Shown here one piece after another: positions 15,209 to 30,110 of a stretch of DNA of 64,000 nt. This DNA comes from Podarcis vaucheri (lineage: Eukaryota). Location of the stretch: the NCBI GenBank assembly GCA_965113315.1, contig OZ220376.1; one strand, 5' to 3'. The position numbers and the translations under genes were made by a program. Each line of letters begins with the position of its first letter. Positions within the stretch are counted from its first letter, which is position 1. The notes under the pieces are model-generated. The model searched no databases. It had not been told where the DNA came from and saw nothing but the letters and a program-made list of their open reading frames with translations.

Positions 15209-15262
15209 CAACAACAACAACAACAACAACAACAACAACTTCTTCTTCTTCTTCTTCTTCTT
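15209..15262. repeat. Compound microsatellite (CAA)n(CTT)n
   Basis: Direct reading. Confidence 0.9.
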
Positions 15263-15681
15263 ACTACTAGCAGTAGTATTTGAGAGTAGGCTTTGAATGA
15301 GGAATACCCTAGTTCACACCCCCACTCTGGCACCTGCTAACTGAGTGATTTTACACAAGTTACTATTCCCTTAACCACAAACCCCTATATCTGCAATATG
15401 ACAACCTTTGTTATGGGGCTATTGAGAAAATTACAGAAGAACATCGAGTTAAAGCCAAAGTTGGTCTTCCTGCTCATAAACAGTTTTGCACAAATGTGCT
15501 AAGTTAAACACACTTAGTGGTATCCTTGTTCTACTGGCAAAATGTTTTGTGCCAGTGGAACATTGCAGCGCAAGAGAATACATAAGCGGGCTGCTGGTAA
15601 TTTTGTTGCACAAAAAACTGTGTAATCTGTTGCACACTGAGCTTCCACTAACACAACTGCTACATTATTTCTTCTGTTCTG

Positions 15682-15765
15682 CAACTCACCTGTCTGCTAG
15701 CAGAGAGCACTGGATACAACCCACAACTCACCTGTCTGCTAGCAGAGAGCACTGGATACAACCCA
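15682..15765. repeat. Perfect 42-bp tandem duplication
   Basis: CAACTCACCTGTCTGCTAGCAGAGAGCACTGGATACAACCCA x2. Confidence 0.9.
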
Positions 15766-17380
15766 CAGAGAGCATCCCTGGCAACACCAACTTAAGAGCG
15801 CTCTGTGCTTAACATGGCATCTCACTTAGCAGGAGGCTATTTTAAAAGCAGCTACAACCATTTCACAAAATCAGCATTCTTGCTGATGGAAATGTAGCTA
15901 ACACTGGAGTAAGCTTCATCTTACTAATGCTGTAGGAATACTGTACTTTGTAAGCCCACTGCAAACCCCTTGCTAGAATAGAGCGAATAGAACTTATCAA
16001 GCTATTTAGAAAAGCTGTCACAATACCAACCATCCCACTCATGATCTTGATAAAGAGAAGCTACTTAAGAGGGATTATGAGCCAAAATACTCACAGGCTT
16101 TGCAACCATGAAAGGAAACCTGTTTGAAAAGTGCTTGCAAAGTAATGACAGAAAGAAAGCACTCAATGAAAACAGATCAGCAGAGTCAATTTCCTAGCAG
16201 AAATGGAAGATTATCACAGGCTGGGCAAGATTAATACACACTGTGCAAATGAAAAACTGACAGCATTTGGGGAAAATAAAGAGCTGGTTAGAGGTCCTTA
16301 GACAAGCTGACTCTGCACCAGCACTTCAATATACACTGGACCTTTAGCTAGACTCTGATGGTTACTAACTAGTGATATATTTAGCTATTTAAGAAGTATT
16401 CACATGCCTAAAGATTTGAACACACCGGAGGAAGACGTTTAATGTCCCATTTTCATATAAATAGAGGAAATAAATGCCGCTTCCTTGTACGGTAAAGACT
16501 ATTTCCTAAGCAACATGCAGTCAATCATTCCATAATGTAAATTATTCTTTCTGAAGTTCTCCTTTTTTGAATCTGTTAAAGTCATGTGTTAAGTTCTGGA
16601 AAAATACTCCCGCTCTTCTTTGAACAAACCTTACTTTTATAGTGTGCGTGCACAGCATAAATTTTACAAGTTCAAGAATATTCAGACATTCTCTTTGGAA
16701 ATTGGTATTTCTGAAACAATGATAATTTTTAGCAGTTTTCAGTAAAAAAATGTTCCGGATTTATGGAATGTTCACAATATGATACAATTTGAATCATTGC
16801 CACCACACATTTGGCTCCCTGTTTCAGTGAAGAGTTAACGTAGTCAACTCTGTTTCTGCACTTAATACAGTACAGGGCTGCAGCACCTTTATGAAGAATG
16901 CACAACTTACCCAAAACTTAAAAGTGTAGTCTTAAGCTCTCTTACTCTGCAGTAAGCCCCACTGAGACTCCATGCAAACATGCTTAAGACTATGCTGTTG
17001 TCTTGGTAAATTCTGTCCTTCATAAATTCCAGTTGAGGCAGCCTTCGTTCATTGTGACCAAATCTCCTCTGAAGTTCCCATTTTAAAATACAGTTAATTT
17101 ACCAGATAATAAGAAGTTTGCTGCAGTACAGAATAAAGGCTTGGCACGCTCAAAGATTATTGTGATGGATATTCCGCCTTCAGCAAACTCACTGTGTTTT
17201 CCCTAAAACAATCATTTAATTTTAACCCCATATTCATCTCATAGGTAGAAAGCAATGAATTAAGTTATTGCTTATAATGTAAACAACCAGTATGTCAATA
17301 CCTAACAGGCTTAACCAACATGCCTTAATCTACAAGCAGAATTGAAAATGCACGCAGCAAATCATCAACAGAAGCAATCA

Positions 17381-17719
<339 letters not shown>

Positions 17720-18479
17720 TCATGTTCATGCACTCCACCCCCTTCCAAGGTGCCAGGAGGACTTTGGCAGCGTTTACTTTCATTTTCAAGTAATCTCAGC
17801 TTGTCACTGCATGTGAACCAGGGATCATGGTTGTAACAAACACTTGTCAGTTTTAAAACAAGCCAGCTTCAAGCAATGAGTAAGTGCTGCCAAATTTCCG
17901 CTGCCGGATGTGCGGGAGGAGAGCAGTGCACAAGCCTAATGCCCACTCTTGATCATTTCAGCTCATGACGTGGTTTAATGTGGCATAGAAACACAGCCAG
18001 TATCTCATCCCTACATGCTGAATAAATAGGTGGCAAAACCATGTCAGAACTGAGTATTACTGGCAATTTAGTTTTGAGGAGTGGGCTAAAATATGTTGTA
18101 CGATTGTGGGTCTAATCCAGCTTCTCCATTTCATCCATGAGGTTGTTTCAGGAAAGCCACATCTACTTACCCTACACCTGACACTATATATGTAAGGGTG
18201 AGGATTGGCTGAATGGGTATTTACAGGCACTGTGCAGTGCTTCCCAGTATGCAAGAACCATCTTGCAAAGCACTTTATGCAGCACTTTCCAAAATGCTGA
18301 AAGCCAGCTGGCTGTCAGTACAATGTACTTTGCGGGCCCTGTGCTTGGTGTTTCCGAAGCCACAGCCTACTGGGATGGCAAAGTCATTGCACAGGCATTT
18401 CTGAAGTGCCCAACAATCAGCAGGCTGTTGGGCATTTGGGAAGCGCTGTGCAAGGGACTAGGATCTGTCACCTGATGTC

Positions 18480-18736
18480 ATTAGGATGTCAGATGGAAGA
18501 GGAACAAGCTTGTTTTCTGCTGCCCAGAGGGGAGGGTTCCAATTACAAGGAAGGAGATTCTGACAGAGAGAGCTGTTTGATAGTGACATGGACTACGTCA
18601 GAAGGTGGTGGACTGGAGGTATTTGAACAGAGGTTGAAACGCCACCTGTCAGGGATTCTTTAGCCATGACTGCTGCATTGGGGGAGTTGGACTAGATGAC
18701 CCCTGTAGTCCTCTCAACTCTACAATTCTAGGATTG
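18480..18736 (+). mobile_element. CR1 LINE 3' fragment
   Basis: Typical CR1 3' sequence ...TTGGACTAGATGACC...CAACTCTACAATTCTAGGATT. Shorter CR1 tails also at ~22740-22800, ~30965-31025 (rev), ~34000-34050 and ~53980-54035. Confidence 0.7.
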
Positions 18737-19373
18737 ACAGGTGGGTTGTCCTTACCGCCCCCCCCCCCATTAGAGTAGATAAGGATTTGACTTGTTGGGA
18801 TGGAACTGTCCGTCCCTCCCACCTATACTCAATCCATACACCCCATGTTATTCTACTTTGAAGGTAGCTTAAGTTACAATAACAAAGACCTATCAACAGA
18901 TAGCAAAGCAGATTCAAGGGGAGGTACCCGAGATTAAGTTGCAGCTAAGATTCACTTGTAAGGGTTGAGCAAGTGTTAGCTCCCATTTCTGTAGGGAGAG
19001 AAGTGAAAACCTATAGGTTTACATTCTTTGTTTGTATACTGTATTACATTATGCTTGAGGCAAGGAAAAGGCAATTTACACAGCCAAGAGTTGTTGGGAA
19101 AACAACAGAAACAGAGACACAGGTGCTTTATAAATGATTAATAAGGTTTAAAATCATCCATCTAGTCTTAATTCAATACAGCGGATGTGGTCATCGCCTC
19201 ACTTAGGAGTACTGTTTTACTAATAAATTACACTTTGGTTTTTTTAACCCTCAAATTAGAAGCAACACACATATTTAGGTACTTGAGAGTTTAAACATTT
19301 TCATTCATGCAATGTCTTCCTCTACAATTAATGTCATAAACTAAAGATATTTTGAACCCAGAAGGGCACTTAC

Positions 19374-19411
19374 CTTCAGGTACAACAACAATGTTGTTTG
19401 AATGGAGGTAT
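19374..19411 (-). CDS. LRRC28: LRRC28 coding exon 4 (not in ORF track)
   Basis: Encodes YLHSNNIVVVPE. Acceptor ttccag, donor gtaagt; 38 nt; phases join exons 3 and 5 in frame. Confidence 0.95.
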
Positions 19412-22400
19412 CTGGAAGAGAACAGAACATTTTCAAGGGCGGGCTGATAAGAGCAGGTGGCAAATATTCATAGATGAAACTTGATCAAAGACAGCATGCT
19501 GTATTTTTTCTTCCTTCATTTCTGCAAAGGTAATGCTCATATGGCAAACTATGACTGATAGACATTACCTTGAGTTTTGATCACTCTGCCTAAAACAGGA
19601 CTCGCACTTCCAAGTTTTCCTGAACCAGATTTCCTCTTCTTTCATATTGAGATTAGATCAAAAATTTCACATTTGTTACCAGGCTGCTCTGTACATAATG
19701 CAACTACCATCATATATGGTTTCCAAGACAATGCCTTCTGGGAAGGAACCCAGGAAAGAGAATAGAGAGGCAGACAAGCAGAGACCTACGTCTTCACCTA
19801 CTCCCAACTGGGCTAGTTTTTGTTTTGTTTCCAATGTCTGGCTTTTAACAAATCCATGCATTTTAAAAAAGCTGTGAGCCTTAAAAAGCTGGGTGTTAAA
19901 TCTGCTAAATAAATATACGTTTTGGATCATAGAAGAATCACAATATGCACAGCAGTTGTTTCCCTAATACTCACTTTGTTGGCAAAGGTGTAAGATAAAT
20001 ATATAAATAAGTCATGTCAAACAGCTGTGTCATATGACTGAAACAAAGTAGCCTGAGGTGAGTGTGTTGATACATTCTCCCTGCTCTAAACCAGCCCAAG
20101 GTCAGTGGGCACCTAGAACCTTTTAGCTGTTTCCTCTCAGCAAGGATCCCTGTGGAATTCATTCTGTGACTGAGTAAAGCATGCCTCCTATTTAGTTCTC
20201 AGAAGTAGGTTTGAGAATGTGATGGAGAAGCTCATAGAGATACCATTCACAAGAAGAGCCTTCACATGGCCCTCTGGCACTTGGGAGACTGTGAAAAATC
20301 AGTCATGGAATCAGCCTTATCAGAGTCCTGAAAATTCATTTTACACAATTTTTTCATACACCACAAGAGTCAGAAGTGCAGGAATCATCAGATCGTTTTA
20401 TATTTTTACAGCATCTTCTCAGATTTATTTCAATATTTAAAAAATTCTAATGTCAACATTCATTGGCAAACTGTACAAATGGTGTTCTTGTTTATTATTT
20501 AAGTTTACATGTTTTACTTTATTCTATAAAAAGGATGATCATCAAGTGAAAGCATACTGACAAGCCCAGGCAAGTTGAGGCCAGGATATAGAAAGCTATT
20601 TTAGTTTTGTCCGAGCGTTTGCATGTGCCCCGTTCCATCTTACAATCTGTTTTTGAAGGTCCATTTACTTTCAAAAGCATTCTGCCTTCTGGCATGGGAG
20701 GCTGGTATTCAAGAAATACAAGCCCAAATAACTTGTGTGGTTCTTTGGATCCTGGTCTATATTTACCATCATAGGCTGGTAAAATTTTATATAGTGCTCT
20801 CTGGTGGTGAATATTTGCAGTTACTGCTATTCAGAAATAAATATGTGCTATTCTCTTCAAATTGAGATTTGCTAGATGTCTCAAGGTAGTTAGATGTTAT
20901 TTACTGCTTGAAAATTGATCTTTTGCTCATTCAACATAGAAAAGGGGTGTGCAGGATAAGTAACCTGATGGAAGTATAGGATTGATTCTTGCTTCAGGAG
21001 AATTCAAACTTGAAGGTATTATGGTGGCAGAAGATGATAAATTATGGCTTATAGTCAGAGTTCCAAGCTGAAGTTTTGTTTTTGTTTTTTTAAGGAATCT
21101 ATATTAAAGATTCGGGACAGTGCTATGGAGTTTGAAAACAAGGGAGATTTTTCCCCATGTTAAAAATAGCCGTCCTGGAAGTAGAATGTACATTCACAAA
21201 TTAAGGACCATGTGGTAACTCTGGATCAATTAGGCCAAATAAAATTCTCATATGTTCTTAATCAGGATCCCAAGAATTACATCAAGCATGCCAAAAGTTT
21301 TGAATGTGCTCAGTGGTGTGGTTCCCTTTTTTTTTCTTTCAAAAAAGGCTGTTAGCTGAAACTCATTGAAGTTTCAGAAACAAATTGATACTGCAGAGGG
21401 ATCTATTTTTCAAAAGATTACCAAATATAAGAGTGCAGCTGTTTAGGAAACACCAGTTCAAAGACCCAGTGAGCATGTGGAAATAGCCATGTCACTATTT
21501 TTATTTAGCCTTTGCATGTTCACTTTAAAACTTGGATATTTCTAAATACCATAATAGAAAGAGAAATAGTCACCAACAGAAAGGTTATGTAAATCAGAAT
21601 CTACGGCTCCATGATGTTAAATGTTTCTATTCATTTTGAGAGCTGTTTCCAAAACAAGAACTTTACATAATTTTAATTCCTAGAAGTCAGCACTAGTTTT
21701 TATTAACCCAGATGGGTCACAATACCAGGGATGCTAGGGAAACTTATTTGATGATCCAAAATCTGTGAGCCTACCATAAAGCAATGCAAATTATAGCTAT
21801 AGCAAGGAGTTTCATCCTGCTGACAACTAGTGTGCTCTTTTTTTATTGCTGCTCCTCAGTTAGGTTTTACTATCTGATATACACATTAGGAAGATTACTA
21901 TTATTATGATTCATCCTGCATGCAGATCCCAACCTTTTACTATCCAGCAAAAGACACAGGAAAAAGGGTTAGGGGGCATGACATAATTAATACAAGAATA
22001 TTTAATGTGTATTAAACAAGCTCTCTCTGGTTTTCAGAGCTTCTAAAATTACCCTCCCTCCAAACCTTAATTTCAGGCAGGATTTTCTTATGGCCTCATC
22101 AGATAATCTTTTTAAGTGCCTGGTGGCAAAACATGAAGCATATCACAAACGCTGTACTTCAGCTTCATTATGAAATAGAATTCACCTCAGACAAGATGAG
22201 GCAAGATTAGTTCTTGAGTAAGCTACAGGCCATAGTGACCTGTAAGGCCTATTAACTGCACTGCAAATGCAAAAACCAGGAAGGTGCAGCTTTCCAGGGG
22301 CAAGAAGAAAAAGCTCAAGTTTAGACTACACTCCTTGGTTATCTATGCCATGTGACCCAAAACATCTTTAGCTCCACACATGCCCGTGACAGCACAGTGA

Positions 22401-23155
22401 CCCGATAAAGTCCTGGATACAATCACAATTCCAAACTGACTATTTAAATTTGCAAAGGCACATTTTCATGTTGCCATGCTTACAGGAATTGCTGCCAGGA
22501 AGCTGCAGCTGAAGGAATTCTTCGTCAGCTAATGGTCGCATCACTGTAGGATGCTTCTTGTGTTGTATCTGTTCATAAATTGATTTTGGAGACATCACTG
22601 AAAGGAGGTATATAAATCCCCACTTTAATAAATTAGCTGCAGTGCATCAATAAAATTGCTATCATATTTGCAAAGCTAAGTAGGATCCAGTATAGTTTCT
22701 AACTGGACGGAAGACCATGTGTTGAGATTTCTATATTGTAGGGAATTGGACTCATTGACCCTCAGGGCCCCTTCCACCCTACAATTCTATGATTCTGTAA
22801 CAGTTTACATATGAAATGTGCAATGGGGTTGACTATATTAGGAATACACGTGGTGTTTACTAGTCTCTTCTGCCCCCTGGCAGTTGATGTTATAATCCAG
22901 GTTTTAGGCTCCTTCCTTGAGAGGTAAGAGGCAGAAGGAGCTGTAGCTGGACTGTGGGATTGGCTGTTGGGAAAATTGGCAATACAAAGAAGTAAACAGT
23001 GCAAGAAGATATAGAGCCTTGCAGTAAGAAACATTCACTATTTTCAAAATGTAAGCTCATCAATGGCTGATAATTTAATGGAACCACCAAGTACAAAGGT
23101 GGCATGCCTATGAGTATTAGGTGCTAGCAACCGATAACAGATGTTTCTCCTAGAT

Positions 23156-23410
23156 CAGAGGTCAGCAAACTTTTTCAGCAGGGGGCCAGTCCACTGTCCC
23201 TCAGATCTTGTGGGGGACAGGACTATATGGTTTTTTTTTGGGGGGGATGGAGAAATTCCTATGCCCCACAAATAACCCAGAGATGCATTTTAAATAAAAG
23301 GACACATTCTACTCATGTAAAAACATGCTGATTCCCGGACTGTCCGTGGGCCGGATTTAGAAGGTGATTGGGCCAGATCCGGCCCCCAAGCCTTAGTTTG
23401 CCTACCCATG
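23156..23410 (+). mobile_element. hAT-type MITE
   Basis: CAGAGGTCAGCAAAC...GTTTGCCTACCCATG termini; perfect 8-bp TSD TCCTAGAT. Confidence 0.85.
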
Positions 23411-24274
23411 TCCTAGATGCATTAGCCAAGCCAGAGTTGGAAGCAGAATACTGGATGAGATTAACTTTAGTCCAATATAGAAAGATAATCTACGTTCTTA
23501 GCCAATGCAAACAGCAGTCCTATTTGTGAACATACCCCCCTCACTCCAAAACATATTACAAATTTGCACTTGGAAATCCCTGCCTGTTGAGATTAGGCAG
23601 GTGCCTTTGCTGTACTCTTTTTGGCGCCTGCTTAAGACGTTTTTGTTTAGGCAAGCCTATCCAGACATGCAGAAAGTTTACATGTAGTTTACATGTAGCT
23701 TACAGTTTATTTTAATTCCCCTCTGAATGTTTTTAATATCTTTTTTAAATTGTCTTTTATTGGCAATATTAATGTTTTATCATTTTTTGTAAGTGACCTA
23801 GGGTTTCATTACAATCAATTAATTTTGTCAAATAGAACAAAACAAAAAATAAAAATATTGCCTTCCAGTAGATTTTACAAAAGCAATATTCAAAAATTAG
23901 TGTTCATTCTGGATACTTTTAACAAAAGAATGGGATTTAAATTCTACATTTATTATATTTCTATGAAAAGATAGACTTTTTCAGTTCTCTGAGCAAACAA
24001 ACTAGGAGCTACAGCCTGAAAGCAGCAAATCTTTGGCATGGTGGTTCCTCCAAGCTGTCCCTTGAATCACTACCTTGAAGCATATGAAAAGACAGCACAT
24101 GAGTGAAATTAGGTCATGGAAAGGCACTAGAACAAAACAGACTAGCTCTTTAACAAACCAGATTGTTCCAAAACAAATTGTAAGATATTTACCTATATAA
24201 CTTCAGCACCCTACGTTCAAGAAACTCATTAAACTAAAGGGCAGAATATAAGGAACAAGACACCACACACTCAC

Positions 24275-24315
24275 AGTTCCACAAGGTTTGGAAGCTTCTG
24301 GGCAAGGTTTTCCGG
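24275..24315 (-). CDS. LRRC28: LRRC28 coding exon 3 (not in ORF track)
   Basis: Encodes PENLAQKLPNLVE(L). Acceptor ttttttag, donor gtgagt; 41 nt. Confidence 0.95.
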
Positions 24316-26837
24316 CTAAAAAAGAAAATTGTGAAGTTTTTGTTTAGTTTTTAAAGAAAGACTCAATATCTAACTGGCAAACCAGTTTGCCAAATTCAAG
24401 ATGGAACTAACATGAGGCTCTGAGTGTCAGAAATCCAAAACAGGGAACAACTGTTTTATGTGGCCCACCACCCCATCTGGCACTGATAATGAAACCTGGC
24501 TTAGAGCCTAGACTTGGATGACAGCGACTGTTGTCACTGGAAAGATGAAAGAATTTCAATATGCCAAGAAGGCCTGAAGATATCAACACACAGAGGGTGG
24601 AGCTAGCTTCCAAATTGGGCTCTAGAAGAACAGCAGACACCTTCTACACTAATCAATCAAGGTGCCAAAATATTAACAAGTGTGATTAGCATCTTCCAAG
24701 TTCAACATGTACTGATAATGCAGAGAAACTCACATAGCTTATAGATTCTTTAGCGTGTACTAACTTAGAAATGCCCACTGAATATTCAGGTGACTTTACA
24801 ATAGCCTAAGGCAGAGTCCTATTAGCTACTCTAATGTTAAGTCAGTATGCCAATATTTTTCAATTACTATAATGCATTCTCCAGACAGCCAGAAGTCTTC
24901 TAAATATGGAGATCTTCTAAAGCAACATTTTATAAGAGATCATGTTACAGTAGCCATGTCATGCAATTTCCACATGAAGTGCATGATGTTAGTTTTGTCT
25001 TACACAACTCTGCAGGGGTCCTATTTCACAAACAGATTGCCAGTGTATTACTGGCAGCCAGATATTTTCTTTACTGTGGTGCTGGAGCTTGATTCCAGGA
25101 TAATATTTTGGAAGTCTTGAAAGCTCACTTTCACTGGGAAAAGCAGCACGTCCAATCTGTGTGCCTCTCATGCCCCAATTTATACATGACAGTTTGCGGC
25201 TTTTTCCTACATAGTGGTTTTCAAGCAAGAAAAAGGTCAGACTTGAAGTGGCTCTACATTATACCAAATTTAGCTTTTATGTTCATCTAGGGTAGGACTG
25301 CCCATTTCAACACTCAGATTGCCATCCTTTCTTTGGCCAGCATTTCCCTACTGTTTTCAAACACAGCATATGCAGTATAGTTTTCAGCCAGAAGCAGTCT
25401 CATAATTCTTCTGCTTGTTTTCCATGCCATGCTGCAAAAATCTTGAGTTGTGGTTTCCACCTACTGGGGAATTAATGCTAAAACACACTGATTTCCCTCC
25501 TAAGCAATTTTGGTAGGCTTAGCAGCACCTGGTGTCCTTGTTATTAGGTTCCATTTTTAAAACATACATTCATAAATGGATGAATACAATCATGTAAGTG
25601 TAGAAAATAAAACAAAAACTAGCTCAGTTACTTTACCAGCACTTGTATAAATTGTATAAGCAACCAAGTCTGAATAAATTCTAATGAACTCTTTAATGTG
25701 TTCACCAGCCTAATAAACAATATTCACTAGCTATTCTAAGAAACCTAAGAATCTTGCCTATTTATTCCTACAATGCTTCAGGATGTCCCTGGTTAATATC
25801 TCACCTCTTCCATGAACATAGTAGTTAACCTTATGTAGATAACAATCTGCCATACAAGCATAACAGTGTTGAAACCAACAAAAACATTACATTCGTAGTA
25901 CAATTTCTGCTCCTGCAACAGAACTTCACCTTCCTTTCCTAATCCTGCAACTTCACCCAATCTACTCTGGAGGGTTTGGGAAATTCACAATCGGATTAGG
26001 GACATATGATGAAGTGGAGGGAGTAGAAGTTCAGTTCATTGGATTCAACCCGTAATTTACAAGGCTGTTGAAATAATTAACAAAAAATAACTCCCCATGA
26101 GCTGGGGAGAAGGAAAGCACCCCATAGCAAAAAGAAATAAAATATACTGGCAGAAATATACATTTTTTTTATTCCAGGCTCTTCTTTTTAACTTTTCAGA
26201 AAGAAAATTTGGCATGCTTCCCAAAGTTTTTCCTCTTTTAAATATAATGTTTTCCAACACATTATATTGACTGGTATGAAGAAGCACCAGAAACATAGGA
26301 ATAAACTGAAATGTCAGGGGGTATTTTATACCCCATATGCTTTTCATGCATACAAGATGAAAACTGTAGGAATTAAGTAGCTGAAATTTGATGACTTGAT
26401 TACTACTGTGCAAGTGAGAAGTCCTAGAAGAATTTAGTTATATCTGCAGTGAAAAACACATACAGTGTAGGATTGTGCCCCAGCACTGCCCAAAATGATT
26501 AAGAGCAACATTCTCTGAGTGTAGGATCTCCCACCCAGGGGACATTCAAGCATGTCAGCTTCTACCTGGTCTGAAGTGGTCTGGTCCATACATAGGCCTC
26601 CAACCACTTCAGTGAGAGCATTGCAAGGGCAATACAGAAAACATTTCCTTATTCCAACTTCAGGTCCCTAACGTGTTATTGGACAAGTGCAAATACTGTC
26701 GCCCATATCAATGAATGGCTTTCATTTACATACGGTACAGTATATTGAAAAAATTAAGGTACACTCAAGGACAATGTCCTCCACATAGACCCTAAGCATC
26801 AACAAATATTTTGCTAGTTGTACATTTTAAAAAGTCA

Positions 26838-27041
<204 letters not shown>

Positions 27042-29179
27042 CTACTCATCACAGAAGTTCATTTCTAAAAGGGAAAGCAAAAGACAAGTAGTGTTTTAAT
27101 AGGGCTCTTACTTGGTTTTCCCATAGCACAATTTTTCTGAAACATGCTTGTTTATTTTAAACATTCCTACATCCCCCTGTATTCAAAAGATAGGTAACAA
27201 AAGTAGAAACCAAATAAATATGAAATTGAAGGAATTGTGGGGAGGACGGGGCCACACAATACAGCACTAAGATCTCAAATCTAAAGCCATGTATATCTAT
27301 CTACCTTCAGGGAAAACAGATATCCGACTAGTTAGCAAGAAGCACTTTTCAATCAATGAACTATTAGTATTTGATATCAACATAAATTATTTTGCCTAGG
27401 AAAGTAACGAATGGTTGGAAACAGACAAGACTTTTTGAAGATTCCTGAAGATGATTTAGGAGATGCATTCCCATTATGTGTACCTAAACAGGCACACTTA
27501 GTTTGTTTCCCTGTTGCCTCTGGGCAAATAAGTTGTGCAGATTTTCCAATACAATACAAAAGCCTGTTTATTAGCAGAGAAAGTGGGGTAAGCATACACA
27601 TCATGAACAGCAATTTCCTTCAGTTCTTTCAAGACAGATAAAAGCTGCCTCCAGACTATAGTATACCACACAAGCATAAAAGCTAATGCAAATAGAGTTA
27701 TGGCACAGGAGATTTTATATTAAGGCTTCAAACTCCCAAAATATATTTATTTGAACGAACTTGTGCATTTCAGGAGTACTAGGATTTAAATCAGTCAAAA
27801 AACCAGCATGGACTACTTTTCCTAAGACAGATAGGGAGAACTTCTACAGATGGCAGCCCTAACTACAAGACTCTCCTAAATCATAAGCAATAACAAGAGG
27901 GAAAGGGTCTGAAGGGTACCAAGGAACATCATTGCATAACAAGGAAGAAGAAATGGTGGTAAGAATGGCTGAAGCCTTTCTGCCACTCTAAGCAATGTTT
28001 CTTCTTGATAAATTCTGGGGCATATTTTCATGTTATGCAGATATCAATGCAAGCCTAAAACAGCTCAAAAAGGGAAGCTGGCATGGTAGGCAGCCTCTGA
28101 ATCATGCCTAACCTCTATAGTTGAGCGAACCCCATTACTAGGCTAGGCTAGGCCCCACTCCAGGCAGAGGAAAAACCTCTACATGAAAGCCACAAGATGA
28201 ATGCATATATATGTCACACTTTGCATATGTGGCATGACACTAACACTGGTCACAGCTTCTGTTCCAACCTATATGCAGCCCAGGAGATGCATCTGCTTGT
28301 TCACTAATAAAAGGCATGCTTTGTGTATATGTGTATAGGATTCAATTTTCTGCATCTTCAGGTGATGTCAGTCAAGAGTAAAGTGGAATAGCTAACTGCT
28401 GCCCTCCAGATGTTGTGAACTACAGCTTCCATCATCTCTGACTACTGGAGATGCTGGCTGAAGACAGTTCAAAGTACAAAATGTCTGTAGGACTTGGCAC
28501 AGTGGTGGCTATCCCTGCTGTATACAGGGATCCCGAAGCAGAAAGACAAACTTTGAGACACAGTATAAAGCAGCTTCATTTGTTCCATTACATGTGGAAA
28601 TCCCACCTGAGGACTATCATAAGATATTCATAAACCAGGAAATAACACTGGACATAATTCAACCAGAAGGAGTACATTTCACCCTACTAGGATACTCTCC
28701 CATGGGTCTGAAGGTGGCCATATCTGAACAAAGGAGTTTCGGAAGGCAGCTCCAGTGTGAAACTGGAGAACTAAAATTATTCAGGAAGTTCATCTCTATT
28801 CATTTTTGTCTGCAGAGTCAATAGTTTCCTTTCCTCCTTCCCACTATAAATATTAACTTAGCATTGCTAAGGTGATTATTTTTGCCAATCAATAATGTTG
28901 TAAAAGTCGTCATGCTTATTCTGCATAAATTCTAGCTTTGGCCCAATTGTCTCTCTACCTGCACCGCTTGCATATAATTTCTCTCTGAAATTTATAGTTC
29001 TTCCGCCCCACACATGCAGCTGCCAACCAAGGATTTAACATTTAACACATCTACTGAAGTGGACTTCTGCCCACAAACGCTTATGCCACAATAAGATGTC
29101 ACAAGACTTCTTCCCATTTTTTAATGCAACAGAATAACACGCCAGCCCCTCTGGAAATATTAGGGTTCCCATTTTTATT

Positions 29180-30110
29180 TGCTACAAGCCGCCTCGACAT
29201 TTCCCGATAAGAAGCGAATAAATAATAATAATAATAATATTTTTTCGAGGGGCGGGGGGACTGAGGGAGAAAACACACTAATGAGAATGAAGGGGAGCCT
29301 GGAAGGAAGGAAAGGGAGTTTATGTCCTAAATGCGGTTTAATCACCGTCAAAGAGAGACCGTTGTTGGGGGACGGGGATGGGTGGCTAGGTGGGAAGAAA
29401 GCGCATAATTCCCCCTCACACGTCTCCATGGCAACAACGTCTTTGTCCCGACAGCGGGAGGCAGAGAAGGGAGAAGCAAAAGCCGCCTCTTCTCCACTCC
29501 TCACTTCGCTGGATATGCCGCTGGGAAAGGGAGGGCAGCGAGGGGGCGTCGCAACTCACCTGCGTTTCTAAGCTGAGGGGGGCCCAAAATAGGAAGCGCC
29601 CTCACTCAGCACAACACGGGGAGAGAAGGGGCGGGGCAGATGGGGGGGGAAAGACACCAACTAACATCAACATCCGGTTAACGAACGGGAGGAGCGGGGG
29701 AAAGAAGAGTGGGTGGGGGGAGAACGCTGATTGGAAGCTGGAAGGGGCGGGCTCAGAAAGTCGCGCGAGAGCTTACTCGCGCGGCTCTTCCGCTCCGTGT
29801 CTTAATGAATAAATCGGGCGGCGCTCTTGAATCGGGCACGGGCGAGAGACGGGCGCATGCGTGGCCTTGTCTTCTCCTTCTCCATAGCTTGCCCTGCTCG
29901 CATTGTCCCTGAGCGCTTCCCGCCTTTTTTGAGAGAGTGAGGGCGCGTGCGTGCGGGGCCACGCCCATAACCGCTCTTTTCCCTCAGCAAGCGCGGCCTC
30001 CAGTTTCTCTTGAGGGGAAGACTTGGCTATGGATAAACGGTACGCCATGAAATCACATCCCTGCTGCCCCTTCGCTAGTTAGTTTAGGGTTGCTGGGAAT
30101 TGTAGCCCAG
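29180..30110. promoter_or_regulatory. CpG-island promoter of LRRC28 (ancestral LRRC28/TTC23 bidirectional promoter)
   Basis: Sharp GC/CpG rise against an AT-rich background. Motifs: X-box GTCTCCATGGCAAC 29422-29435, CCAAT (ctgattgg) 29727-29734, GC box 29744-29753, TCGCGCGAGA 29761-29770, ETS-like CTTCCG, NRF1-like GCGCATGCGT 29853-29862, ZNF143-like (rev GCTACAATTCCCAGCA) 30091-30106. Confidence 0.85.
29560..29700 (-). other. LRRC28: Putative non-coding exon 1 of LRRC28 (5' end approximate)
   Basis: Consensus donor GCAG|gtgagt at 29560/29559 inside the CpG island, upstream of exon 2. The TSS is not determinable from sequence. Confidence 0.55.

Noticed and set aside
29175-30048. Cluster of overlapping ORFs
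   Set aside because: Expected from stop-codon scarcity in a GC-rich CpG island; no recognisable protein.
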